The notes beneath the pieces are model-generated. The model searched no databases. It worked only from the letters and a program-made list of their open reading frames with translations, and was not told where the DNA came from. Of a stretch of 64,000 nucleotides of DNA, positions 12,717 to 24,949 are shown one piece after another. How positions within the stretch are numbered: position 1 is the stretch's first letter; the number at the start of each line of letters is the position of its first letter. The position numbers were made by a program, and so were the translations under genes. This stretch comes from Albugo candida (taxonomy: Eukaryota), in contig JBDOQK010000076.1 of the NCBI GenBank assembly GCA_040437565.1, forward strand, positions 1 to 64,000. The letters are read 5' to 3'.

Positions 12717-15700
12717 TTGCTTCTCACCACACATCAGGAACGGGAGATGTAGCTGTTTCCTGATCTCTTGCAGTAGGCATCATACTTAGACCATTTTACC
12801 AATGTCCTCGGCTTTTTTTTACAGAAGTCAAGTAGTAGATATGCAATCGATACAACTTGTATCATCATAAACCGAAGGGGCTATTGAGGATCATCTAGGT
12901 TTCTATGTTTCTTTTGCAAGTACACCACAAATGTAATCAGGCTGGAGTCAACACTTATCACTTATGAAGCTCCTCCGTCTACATCCGTTGGTACAAGTCA
13001 TCATATCTCTCGGACTAGCGTAGGAGGCTCTGAATGGATAGATGCAAGTTGTGCGTGTATCTACAATGACATTATTACAACCACGGTATTAATTTGCTAT
13101 ATCTTGAGCTGTCCTTTTCTGAGCTCTGTTTTCCCACTGTTGAGCTTCGCCAATTGTGGAGCTCATTTGCACCTGCCTTGAACCTGACAATGGAAACACC
13201 AAATTGATCATAATAGATGGACCGTTTTAGTCGGATACCGTTTTCCGATGCATTTTTATTCCCTGACGAAGTATATGACATCCGTTGCTATTTGGATAGG
13301 TACACGACGTATTCCTTGCACATCACCATCGCATACACCCTATGTTAATTCACTTTATATCGAAGCAGCGGTAAGTCCCCACCCTCATCAACTTTGAAAC
13401 TTGAATTAGTCTTCTAGCACATACTCTTGCTTGGATACGCACACTGTGAGGCATTCTATCTTGTACATATTTCATGTTATCTTACGTTTTCATGCTTCTT
13501 AGTTCAAGAGGCTTTCATAAGCACAATCCCATTGAGTTTTTTTTATCAGGAGCGAAGTACTGCATTGATGGCGATAAGAGTAAGCGTAGAATTCACTTCG
13601 GGGTGTTCTGCAGTGATACACCAACCATTGCCTAGATGCGTACAATACAGATTGCAAGCATAGAAACATTCTGCCGAAATGAGTAGAAGTGTAGTTATGA
13701 GCATGTATCTTGCTCCAAGCTTTTTTCTGTGTTCCCAACGAAGAATATTGAAAGTGCAAGTTTGATTTCGTTGTACATGGAGCATTGTCACGATCAATTC
13801 AAAAATCAAAATTAAATATCATCTATCTCGAAAAAGGTCGACCTGGTTCCAGTATATGTTGGTGAGACTACAACACATTGCAATCGGCCTCAGTCAATCA
13901 TCAAAGCGTGTGTGATCAAGGAAGCTTGGATATATTACAGGTTAGTGGGTCGCGGTCGTGGTATTCTCACTCAATTAGAAGCTCCGATACATCATCGTTC
14001 AGCTTCAGTAATCTTCAATACCTCAAGGCAACTTAGCTCGAATTTATGATCATTACAATAACGAACTTTCATACTTGCACTGTAGCCTCTTTTGCATGTT
14101 GTCCCACAGCGAAGCAAGTGAATATTACTCGCACATCTTCATCGGCGGTGATTTACATTACAAGTACGACTTGCTCCAAAAGTACCCGGCGTACTTCAGC
14201 GGATTAACCATGATGCGTCTTTGCTTTGGCCGTGATTATTCCACAGAGGTGTAACCATTTCGCTATAGTGTGGTGCCTCATATATATCAATCTGTGCAGA
14301 TTAGCAATTCGTACACACCTTGAAAGTTGTGATGACACAATGCAAAGAAGGCGATTATCCATTACCTGATACAATTGAACTCGATTGTTACGTCTAATAT
14401 GTGCGCAGTGAAGGATTCAGCACCACTGCCAATTACTCGATGTGTCCGTCTTTTATTATCACACAAAACGTATGCCTCGATTTCGATTACTCTCAGCTGA
14501 CAGATCTTACCCATTCCGGTAAATATGTCATCGCTCTGTGTCGCGTCATAATCAGTGAATTCTCCAGCTTAAGAAACGCTGGCATTACTCAATTCCACAC
14601 AAGACCTGAAGCACTCGATATTTGCTTCAGCTTTCCTTCAGGCAGCTTATTGAAGCTCTGATAAATGACAAGTGAATTGGTTTTCTTTGGCTTTAAATCC
14701 AATGCCACCTCATGGCGTTGGACATTTTGATAGTCCATCATTGACGATGAAGTATAGAATGCAGCCAAATGTATTTGCGTAGCGATCTTTGAAGATTTGA
14801 TCCATGTCGCCTTGAATTAAAAATATCAATCATATTGAAATTTCAATGAAAGTTTAGATAGTTCTCCGGCAATTCACATGTCAACAGGAACTTGTATGCA
14901 ACAGCTTGGCTATGGGTTATGTCAACCCAAACCTTCTCAGTTCTAACAAAAAAGTCACTCTCATGGGTGTTGTGGTATCTTGATTCAAATAGGATCAGGT
15001 TGTTTATATCATCCAGGGAGGCCTTTATTTTACATACATCACCATGTCTGAACATTAACCTTTTTAGACATCCTACTAAATTCTATTATTTAGCGGTCTG
15101 TAAATCATGCTGGGAGCAATCTCTCCCAAGAGATTGATCAACCGAATATTTCTGAGTTGCTGGTCAGATTTCTGTAAGAACGCTTCTATCTCCATCACAC
15201 TTTAGTGAAACTATATTATTTTTTTATCGTCGCATATTTTATTTCAGACTTTCGCGAGCATTAATTCTAGCAGCGACATTAATCCTCTGCGAAATCAGTT
15301 CGATGGAGTTCTCCAAACCGGAAGTTTTTTCTCCAGGGCGTGTGATGAGTACAAGTATTACTGTTGGAACGTTTTGAAATCATCCGTCCCGTATGTGCAT
15401 AAAATGGTGGCTCACGAGAACTGGGTTTCGTCCCTTGTAAGTAATGATTAACGAGCTCTTTTTGTATATTCTCGCCAGCTCTTATTCATGCTGATATCAT
15501 TTGGCGTTTTTCCGATCCAAATTAGTCGAAATGTATGAATAAGATGCATATCTTCTCAAAATATGGAACAAAACTCGGTGTTTACTGGATCTGCTATTTA
15601 TAAGTTTCAGTAGTTACTGAAAATGAACCATCTCAAATTGTCGATTCAGTTGCTGGGAGATTTAGTTTCCTTAAGTCGTATTATTAAACGTCATGCAAGA

Positions 15701-16200
15701 CCAACGAAACTAAATGTTCAGATCCTATTGTCATTGATTGCGAAGACCAAAAGAAATACTTCCACAACGCATGATGCAAAGATCGGCGGTGTTGTCGCCA
15801 AAATACCGAATGAAATAGACGATGGAGGGAAGGCTGTGGATAGAAGCTCTGAATAGAAATAGGTTGTAGAAATAGGTTGCATGCAAGTATTCCATTACTA
15901 ATGCCATCGAGAATTACATTTCAAATTATAAGAAGCCTACATCAAGCCAAATGTGGAAGCGCAACATTATCAGATGCTGCGTCAATGCGGGCTAATGGGT
16001 GATGATGAAAGCATCTCTCTCTACACTGGATTCTGGATCTCTACGTGGATGCTTGTATCAAAAGCTCCTACAATATTGAGAAATTAGCTTTGTTTCCAGA
16101 CATGCACGAATTATATGCCGTATTGCAATCATAATGATAAGCCTCTGATGTGCCCAACATACCTATCAGCGCCGATCGATTCCGTGGATAGAAACAATCG
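12717..16200 (+). pseudogene. Large Cys-rich putative secreted protein family, copy A, 3' part
   Basis: 12717-14392 is colinear with copy C at 54063-55756 (e.g. gcgattatccattacctgataca in both). Beyond 14392 the + strand ORF fragments (14401-14661, 14892-15137 with CKSC, 15623-15856) suggest the gene continues. The 3' end is uncertain. Confidence 0.65.
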
Positions 16201-17179
16201 TAGGCAGCATACTTTTCTTTTGCTTTGCACTGGTTTACATTTTCAATTCAATTACAACTTCAATTTTGAATTTCAAGAATGAGGAACGATGTTATTATTA
16301 CAGGAGATTTTTTTCACAGATAAAGGCAGCTTCTGCAGAAGCGTCATCGAAGATGTACATGATGTAATGTTCGGGGAGGGTTCTGAGATCCTAGCGTTAG
16401 AGGAAATTCGTGCTGTGCGATTCATATCGCATCGGTAGATGCTGACACAAACTTCGATAAACGCTCAAGTTTGTCACTACGCTAACAAACCAACAGAGTA
16501 GTAAGCGTACTTTGCTTTGATAAGTACGTGAATGCGTATTTGCGCTTTCGGTTGAATCCAGTGAGCTCGCGGATTGCGAGCTACTGTGGAGAGAATTAAC
16601 TGTTATAGGGGAATCTCTTACGCTTACTAATGCGTGACAAGTCGCTATGAGTTGATGAGCTAGTTTAAGTAAGGAGATAAGCTACAGATGAGCAGATATA
16701 TTTGATAAGAAAATGAAGATGTGATGATTGCAGGCAAAAGTGATGCATAAATAGCTGTATCCGATAGTCATTTACGTGCGTTTGACAGTCAGGGTCTAAG
16801 AGAAGATATGCATAATGTAGGATAATCATCAAGCAACAAGTGAAATCATTCAAATTAGAAAACAACAGGAGCATCTATCCTCTAAGAACGCATACTTTTG
16901 AAATACTGATACAAAAGCATATTCTGCCATTCGAATTGCTTAGAAAATGACTGGCTCGTGATGGTTGAAAGCATAATAGCAGAAAAATATGCGGTTTTCG
17001 TGTCTTCGGGCGCTTCAAGAGCTCTGGAGCGCCGCTGTGTGACGGTCCCATTCACTGTGCTACTGTCCCTTCGGCAATCAAATGGATTGCCTGCAACCCT
17101 AAACGAATTCTCCAACCCGTTTTTTTTCTTTTACTGATCCATTTTCGTTTCCTCGTAAAGGAAACGAAAATTATTGATC

Positions 17180-20100
17180 TCTCACAGAGCACAGTAGTGG
17201 GGTAACCACATGGACAAAGAAGTACATAGCCGCATGTTTATTTCTGAATTGACGATGCAAACGTATGAATTGGAGTTGCTTTTCCAAGTGATGAGGTGCC
17301 TTAATCTCTCGAGTTCGGCATTCTTATCACTTAACGAATTGCAATAAAGGCGTTTTCCTTGTTCCAATTCATACGAATCTGAAGCCGAATTACTTCATAA
17401 TATTCATACTCTACATAATTTCTTTTTGCTTTGTTTTTTGATTTGACACTCTCCATGTAACAATATATATATGCTTTCTTTTCCTGTACCTGTACCTCTT
17501 CGGCCCACATCTTGACCATTATGTCCCCAGCTTCGAGCGCACAGCGCTGCACCAATTTCCTACCGACAAGGGACGAAACCAAGATTTAGTAACTCACCAA
17601 TCTAAGCATGTGCGAGATGGACGTATTCATAACGTCCCACCAGTAATAGTTTTACTCGTCATACGCCCGGAAGAAAAACCTCCCGTTTGGATACCGCCAT
17701 TATGTGATCCTGCAGAGAGTCTTGTCGCTCCTAGAATTAATGCTCTCGAATCTTTCTGAAGTATGTGACGAATATAGTTTAGTGCCACCAAAACGTGATG
17801 GAGAAAGAAGCAATCTTACATAAAATTGACACTTACAACTCAGTAATATCCGCTTGATCGATCTCTTGGGATGGATGGTTCTTGGGACACTATAACAGAA
17901 AAACAAGTAATAGAATTAGATAGGTCGTCTGAAAAGGTTTTAAAAATAGGACATAGTGGTGCTCCTAAACAAGACAATCTGTACCAGTCGTAAAGAGCAA
18001 TGGTCCTTAGTGCATCTACTATATATCGCACTTATTCCAATGAGCACATCCGATCACACTGTAGAGTGCTATCGATTCCACAAGACCTAGAAAGGCAAGC
18101 CTTCATCCTTAAACTGACGTTGAAACACTCATATCTGAATTTGAGACGACAGTACGTTGTAGCCTTTGAACACGTCGGTTGATTCAAATAGCTTTGAAAA
18201 AACCTTGAATACCTATTTTGTTTATAGCACTCGTCAGCAATGATGGTTGCGGAAGTATATATCATTACTTAAAAGATACATGGCTCTTTTGAGAAGTCTC
18301 TCGCTGTAACATTTCGTTGTTTCATCAGAGATGAGAAAAAGTTACTGTTTTCATCATTCAGATGCTTTCCTTATAATGATCTTGGCTTCGCTTGTGATAC
18401 TTACGTCTTCGAGACAACTGTATTATGTTTGCTGATCCGATTAGCTTTAAAATGTTCCACTTGATCGCTATCTTGAGAAGCCTCTCCACAGTATGAACTC
18501 TTGAATGAATCCAATCGTGCTTTGTGCATACGTTCCTTAAATCAACAGCAAAGAGCTATAGCAGATTTAATAGTGCCACCGTACGGATTTCAATTGTACA
18601 AACGTTGCGTTGAGAATATATTCCTGTATATCATGAGCCATCTCTGTGTTATACCACGTCTACAGCATCAGAAAAAGATTAACACTTGTATTCCGAGTCT
18701 CTAAAAAGCATGTAGTCACAATGGAGGTTTAATGTCAAATTGGGTTACTAGGTCTTTGCCTTACTGCGCAGAAGACGTCTGGAAAATCGAACCATAAACT
18801 ATTGTAACCAAAAGGTACAATTTAAACTTTAATGCTAGTTGAATGTTGTCCAATTCGTAGAGAATACAATCCGTCGCTGATAAAACACTCCACAAGATCA
18901 CATGCTCTGTATTTTTGTAGGGTCATGCTGAACGTGTGACTCTACCAAAACATTTCAAGTTTAATACGCAGACTATCAGAACGCAGACAAGCTGAAAAGA
19001 GTCATGGTATAATAGGAGAAGTGAAACTACGCAAAAGAATGCAACAGGAAGGTCGTATGGTGGCACTGAAAGATTCTCGTGAATAAAGAACAGAGAAGCG
19101 ATGGCGAGCTGCTGTATATGAATTTGTAGTTCAACGCCTCTATTGGAAGCGTTTCGAGGACATCCACCGTTCAAGACTCATGTTGGAGGAAGAATTGCGC
19201 CGTGAAGAAAAACAACGACGTCAGATGTTCTACAAACAGGAAGAAGAAAGGCAAAGGAGTTTGGATGGGATATAACACATCATTAAGTCCTCTGCATTTT
19301 CTGTAAATGATTTTGTATCCGACGGTAGCTTCATTGAGTTCTATAATGCGGTAGTTCCACTCTTGCATCGAAATTGTGCTACGACCATATGAATCCGGTA
19401 CACGATGTAGCTACAGACGTGATGCGTCAATATGAGGTCGTGAACTAACGTGATATATCGAGTTTTCCCAGTATCATATATTTCCTACTGAAAGTGGCGG
19501 TAAATATGGGTAAGCTTGAATCATCTTCAAGCAACCAAAAATGATTTTCGAGTTCGATATCTTTTCAGTGACGATTACGCTGGGTGCATTGTGAACTAGA
19601 AGAGTATTATTTCATTCATCCAAGCATCTTCATCGAAAAAACACAAGATGAGGGTGAGTCATAACAAAAAAACTTCAGCGTTCAAAACAAAAATCAGAAA
19701 TTACAGGAGACCAGTGGTTGAATCCCATCATATTCAATTGTAATAGTGTATAGCCTCATGGGAATCTATTGACGAGCTTTTATGTCAGAGCCATAACATA
19801 CCGCTGATCAAAGTAGTCTTTTTCATCATGTTACCAGCTATTCTATAAAGCATCTGAAAGAATGCACAACAGCATTCTAGCAATATGCTTTACGAGCATT
19901 GAGTAATGGTGAGATACCAAAGACTCAAATGATCTGTCGCGAACTCATTATCTGTACATTCCATGCAAGACGCTTTTTCGAAGGGTAATTCAGCTGCTCC
20001 TGTTGTAAAGAGCTATTTATCTTATACAAAGATGAAAGGTGCAGTATATAGTCTCAACTCAAGATCAGCAAGTCGTCTTTGCAATGCCACTTACACAAAC

Positions 20101-21417
20101 GCTTTTCGATGAGTTTTCTATGCCAGTCTTTGCAGTACGCGTTTGACGTTGTTCTAGCTTTTTGTTTTGTTTCACACTGTATTCCATCGTGACTTCCAAA
20201 AAGCTGGGCGCAGAATACATCGCGGGTATGAAATCTTCAAATTCATTAGTGACGAAAAACTTGCTTTCCTTGAAGAAAGTCAAGGTCCTAACACAGCATA
20301 TCTCGACGCACACGAAAATGTCGCACGCGGATAAGTTGCGCTAGGATTCATCTTGAGAGCCTTTCCATACAAAAAAATCCTGATAATCCTACACCACTGC
20401 AGACTCGTTGTATCCACAGACGCATGGTATGAACACTAGTCACTTTATTCAAAAAAGCTTTGTCTAATGCTTTATAACACTGAGCAAGCCATCCCAAGAA
20501 AACAAATGACGGCGTGAAAAAATATTGTTCCGGACTTCGTAATTTATGCAATGCAGCTTGTAGCTGTGAACCGAAGCACTTCTGTCTATTGATTCAAGCG
20601 ATTGCGCGGCTTTTGGCTCCGCAAAGGTCATATTCTTTTCAGGAAAACCACAATCATTTTGTAGATCACATTTTCGTTGCGAAGTGTAACCTAATTGCCG
20701 ATACAAGATGCCTCTTCACAATGACTGCATTTAATCTATTTGCAATGACCGAGGCTCTGTATTCCAATTCTTACTGACGTATCCGGTATCACTTATACAT
20801 CCTGAAACTCAAATTTTTTATTGGCAAAAACTCGATCTAACAGGGCACGATTCTATGAATTTGAAAGAGCGTGTACATTGCAACAATGATATTTGAGTCG
20901 ATGCTTCGTTGAATTTTCTGGATTTGATAATATACAACGCTTTCCGCGTCGCATTTCTACAGTTCCACCAGCTTCAGAGTATCTTCCAAGTTCAAATAAG
21001 CTTGATTCGAGTCATTCACATTCAATCTATTTAGTTCTTCGACGTTGCCACTCTCAATCTAAAAAAATGAATATCATTCCCAACGCTTCGTTATAAAGAA
21101 ATTAGTGCGCTCCGTATATTCATGGAAGAGAAAAACGATTTAACGTTTCGGAAGATAAAGGCGTTCCTTCCATATTTTTGTGGAATGAAAAGAATTGTTT
21201 TGAACGTGTCGAAACCGAAAGTGATGCTTTCCATAATTTCATGGAATGGAATCCGACTGCTTTTTGTTTCTGTAGAGAACAGAATATGGTGTTTTCTGCC
21301 GTCTTCGAAATAGAGTTTGCGCATTGCGTATCTAATAATTTCATGATTTGAGATTTGTGATTGCTCTTCAAAATCAAGAAATAGATCATTTTTCAAATTC
21401 ACTTTGCTCAGAAACAT
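17180..21417 (-). pseudogene. Decayed large Cys-rich gene of unknown family, downstream part
   Basis: A run of minus-strand ORF fragments (17182-17582, 17700-18265, 20065-20706, 21091-21417) with many Cys residues and no recognisable domain. Confidence 0.35.
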
Positions 21418-21435
21418 GAGTCATAATCTTTCTGC

Positions 21436-22209
21436 ATGGCGGTAATTATCCCGCCGAGAAATCTCAAGGCACATTCCGGCTCCCAGTATGAGTGGATGTG
21501 TACTGACAAACATGTTCTGGATCATCTTGATTACAGACAGATTCCAGTACTTTATCATTCGGAAAAAAGTAAAAAGTTGCATCGCCTCAACTTCTTTCGT
21601 CTTTTATTTCTTCGCAACGAACTCCCTATAGATGCGGAGGCTATTATCAATGTCTGGCATAATTCATACGTCAAGGATTTTCATGAATGGATGCATGAGT
21701 TAAAACAGCGCGATGAAGAGTGGATGGAGACAATCAACGGATTGAAATTCCACAAAAACCTTGGATCAATAAGGGAAGATATTCCATGCGCTGTCCGAGT
21801 TGAATTTGGCTGTACACATTGCAGAAAAAGCACTCCAAAATTATATCATTTGTTTCGTTCCCGTCCAGAATACATAAGCCTAAGCCGGCGTCTTCGTACA
21901 GCGATTGGAAAATTGGACGATTTATTTGCTCAGTTTGCATTGGAATATCCAAAAACTACCCAGCCTACTCTTGTGGAGCAAAAAACGGCGGTCGAAAGGG
22001 GGAATCAAGATCGAACGCAGTTCTCTGGGAATCTGGTCAAGCAATTCTCGCAGGCTGTTGCCAGATATTCGAGCACAGTTGCGATACTGTAGCAACGTGT
22101 CCAGCAGCTGGACGAGCGTCTAGATGAAGAAAAACACCATGATTGTCATGATGATCTGAATGCATTCTCTGCTGGTAGTTCTAAAAAGAAAAGAAAAATT
22201 GATCACTAA
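21436..22209 (+). CDS. Orphan ORF of 218 aa (257 codons if TAG 22090-22092 is read through); CxxC motif, coiled-coil-like segment and basic C-terminus
   Basis: The longest clean ATG-initiated + ORF in the window, with no intron. It contains IPCAVRVEFGCTHCRK. The frame stays open for 38 codons after one TAG and ends SKKKRKIDH-TAA (22209). It is followed by AATAAA and an A-run (22226-22236). Confidence 0.6.
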
Positions 22210-22236
22210 ACTTGAGATTCAGAATAATAAAAAAAA

Positions 22237-24250
22237 CACTTATTGAGCATTGTGTGTGTCCGGTAATGGTCAAGGTTGTCGTTTGAAGGAAATCTCAAAA
22301 ACGATAGTGAACGTGTATCAAAATGTAGTGAACTGTCTAAATTTTTTCAACAGAATTAGGATCGCAGATACAATGTTGAATATTCCAATTGTATTTTTAT
22401 AAAATTGTATGGTTTCATGCCAACTGTCTCTAGCATCTTCAAATTATACTCTTTTGATAGGATGCCAACCATTTGAATCATTCGTTCATGCATATGCCCC
22501 TTCTTGCATGCTTATGACTCCCTATTGATTCTACCGAACTGCTAGATTGCTCTATATATATTTAAACGAAAATGGACAGAGCTATAAAATCCATACCTGA
22601 TCGTGCCTCGTACATTGTTTTATAGTGATGTATAACTATAAGTCTTAGTGTCGTTGTACGCGTCTATTATCTGAGGATATCTCGTGTACTACATATAGAG
22701 ATCACTGAAACAAAACGCAGTGTCTTTATATTAATTGTAGTTACTAGCAATCTTTAAGACGTAAATATAGTTGTTGTATCTTTTCCAGCTAAACTTCTTG
22801 TGTAATAACGTAATAAGGTTTGCTTGATGATTACATGAAACGTTTTGTTCTTCTGTCGGTGTTGATCAAACCAAACGGAGCATATTTATACTTATTATGG
22901 ATATACTGAATCACATGCCGAGTACAGGTATTTGTCCAAGACTAAGAGCAGACGCAGAGCTTGTTCAGATTCATAAAATACTAAGCATATTCGTCTAGTT
23001 TGTCGCATTATATAGGAGCTATGGCTCAATCTAGTTTACGCAGTTGCTCGTCTAGAAGCATCGCCATGATGAATAATCCGGATAATACGCTAATTACAGG
23101 ATCCATTTTATGTGTAAATCGATGTTTCGACATAAGATATCTACTACTCCACTTGTCTTGCTCCACGCATTTCTGTCTGTAAGCAAAAATAATGTCACTT
23201 ACGACGACTGAGCACTTGGATGTAGCAAATACAGTTCGACAAGTCTTACATCAGGGGAGCATGATTGACTTCTCGTCGTAGCAATACAGAATGGTCGAAC
23301 TAAGAATAATCATTATTATCAGGAATATTGAGGCTGACAGCATTCCTTGCTATATCATCTTAAGGGTACGACATTTTTCCCTATCGCACTGTCCGAATTA
23401 AATCAAGTCCGTAAAACATTTCTTCCAGCTCCATTCACCATATCTTCTCTAGATACCTAGACAGAGTTCGTCTAGATACTTGTTTAGGCGATCGCCAAAT
23501 GGTGTCTTCATACGTATGTATGCATCCGTCGCGTCAATACATGAAATTCTACGAATGATCAATTTCGTGAAAATTCTTCGCTGACGCATACATCAAGAAT
23601 CTTTGCTACAGAAACCCCTCCTGCTATGCTCAACAAGAGGGAATTGGCATGGTTGGGCAGTTAAAGAAGTTCCGTTCATTTTTGACGAGCGGGCTGCTAC
23701 CTTACTCGCTTTCATGCACATTTACACCAAACTGTCTATGCCGTCGACGCTGACCATATGTGGTCACTACCTATGGATGCGATTTCTATATGAGTACGTA
23801 AGACCGTTAGGTCATCAGCCTCCTATTGGCGATAATTTGAGCTTCATTTGTGCTTGGGAACATGAACCCTGTCTTTTCGTCGAGCAATGGAATCTTGAAC
23901 AATACAAAAATTCTTTTTTCTTAAAAATGTTTCAAATCCAAATCTGTAATACATTTGAAAACGAAATGAGAGCACGAATAAAATCTGAGAAAAACGATTG
24001 AAAGCGGAATATATATCTCATTCAGGTGACAATGCAGTTTTATGTCGGATCTAGACAATACATTTGCCTCGTTCCATTCATTTTGTGGTACGTGTATATA
24101 AAGCAGGCGCTTGCGTAACTGAGATGTCATTCCTGGTGGACACTTATAGCGCGATAGCTTGCATCGCTACTCGAATGACCCTTGAAATCTTCCTACACCA
24201 AATATTCCTATTCACTCATTTCATCTATGTCGTGCTTTGTAGACGATTCC
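22237..24250 (-). pseudogene. Probable upstream part of the decayed Cys-rich minus-strand gene
   Basis: Minus-strand fragments such as CKTCRTVFATSKCSVVVSDIIF (~23180-23250) and ORF 23921-24130. Continuity with 17180-21417 is inferred, not shown. Confidence 0.25.
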
Positions 24251-24405
24251 GCACGGCTTAGCACCGATCCGTGAATCTATAGTGATCGTAAGGAATAATT
24301 GGCGCGCTTTTACTTTATATTTTTTAAAGAACTTATGATTTGGAATAAATGTGTTATCAAAAAAGGACACGAAAATCGTCTGATTTAGCGTGGCCCCGTT
24401 TTCAT

Positions 24406-24800
24406 ATGAAGCAATCGATGTTTCTGTTTCTTGTCCCTTGCATTTCCTAGTCCTTCCGAACGGGAACTAGTTTATGATGGCGCTAAAGAAAACGCCGATT
24501 CAGTACCGCCAGCCTTACGGCTCTGATCCAAGATTCTTAACACTGGTCACGTGTTCTATGAGGCCGCTACCAGTAACATAGTTTTTGAAGATGCTTTTAG
24601 AGATCATTGTAACCCTTTCGTTCGGAAACGGTAGGAATTTATTTTTCTACAAAAATGGTATTCTGCCAAGACGTTTGCGTCTCCGCGAAGACTTTCAACC
24701 TATGAAACTGATCGACGGAGGACGACGAAGGTGTCGAAAACGATAGAACAGATAGAGACGCATAGTGCTTACAGCTCAGCTATTAGTAACGTACATGAAG
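24406..24800 (+). pseudogene. Possible remnant of a CHxC/CCG-type secreted effector
   Basis: A hydrophobic start MKQSMFLFLVPCIS, then across frameshifts LVYDGAKENA, YRQPYGSDPRFLTLV and FYEAATSNIVFEDAFRDHC. The layout recalls Albugo CxxCxxxxxG effector N-termini, but the motif cysteines are not intact. Confidence 0.25.
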
Positions 24801-24949
24801 CAGAACGAATTTCGAGGGACCGTATCAATGATCCCGGATGATACTAATCAGTATTCAGCTCATGGAATTTTTCCAAATCCAAATTTCCTTTGTTTGTCCG
24901 GGATACGACAGTATGGGCGATTGTATACCATTATTTTTCATTTGTTGTG

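Noticed and set aside
17430-17560. Cyclic-nucleotide-binding domain (LEAGDIMVK...YILLHGEC)
   Set aside because: It needs a frameshift to assemble, and the downstream FGE motif was not found.
14400-24300. Endogenous giant virus or Polinton in the AT-rich stretch
   Set aside because: I recognised no polB, capsid, packaging ATPase or integrase motifs. The fragments look like Cys-rich host-type genes.
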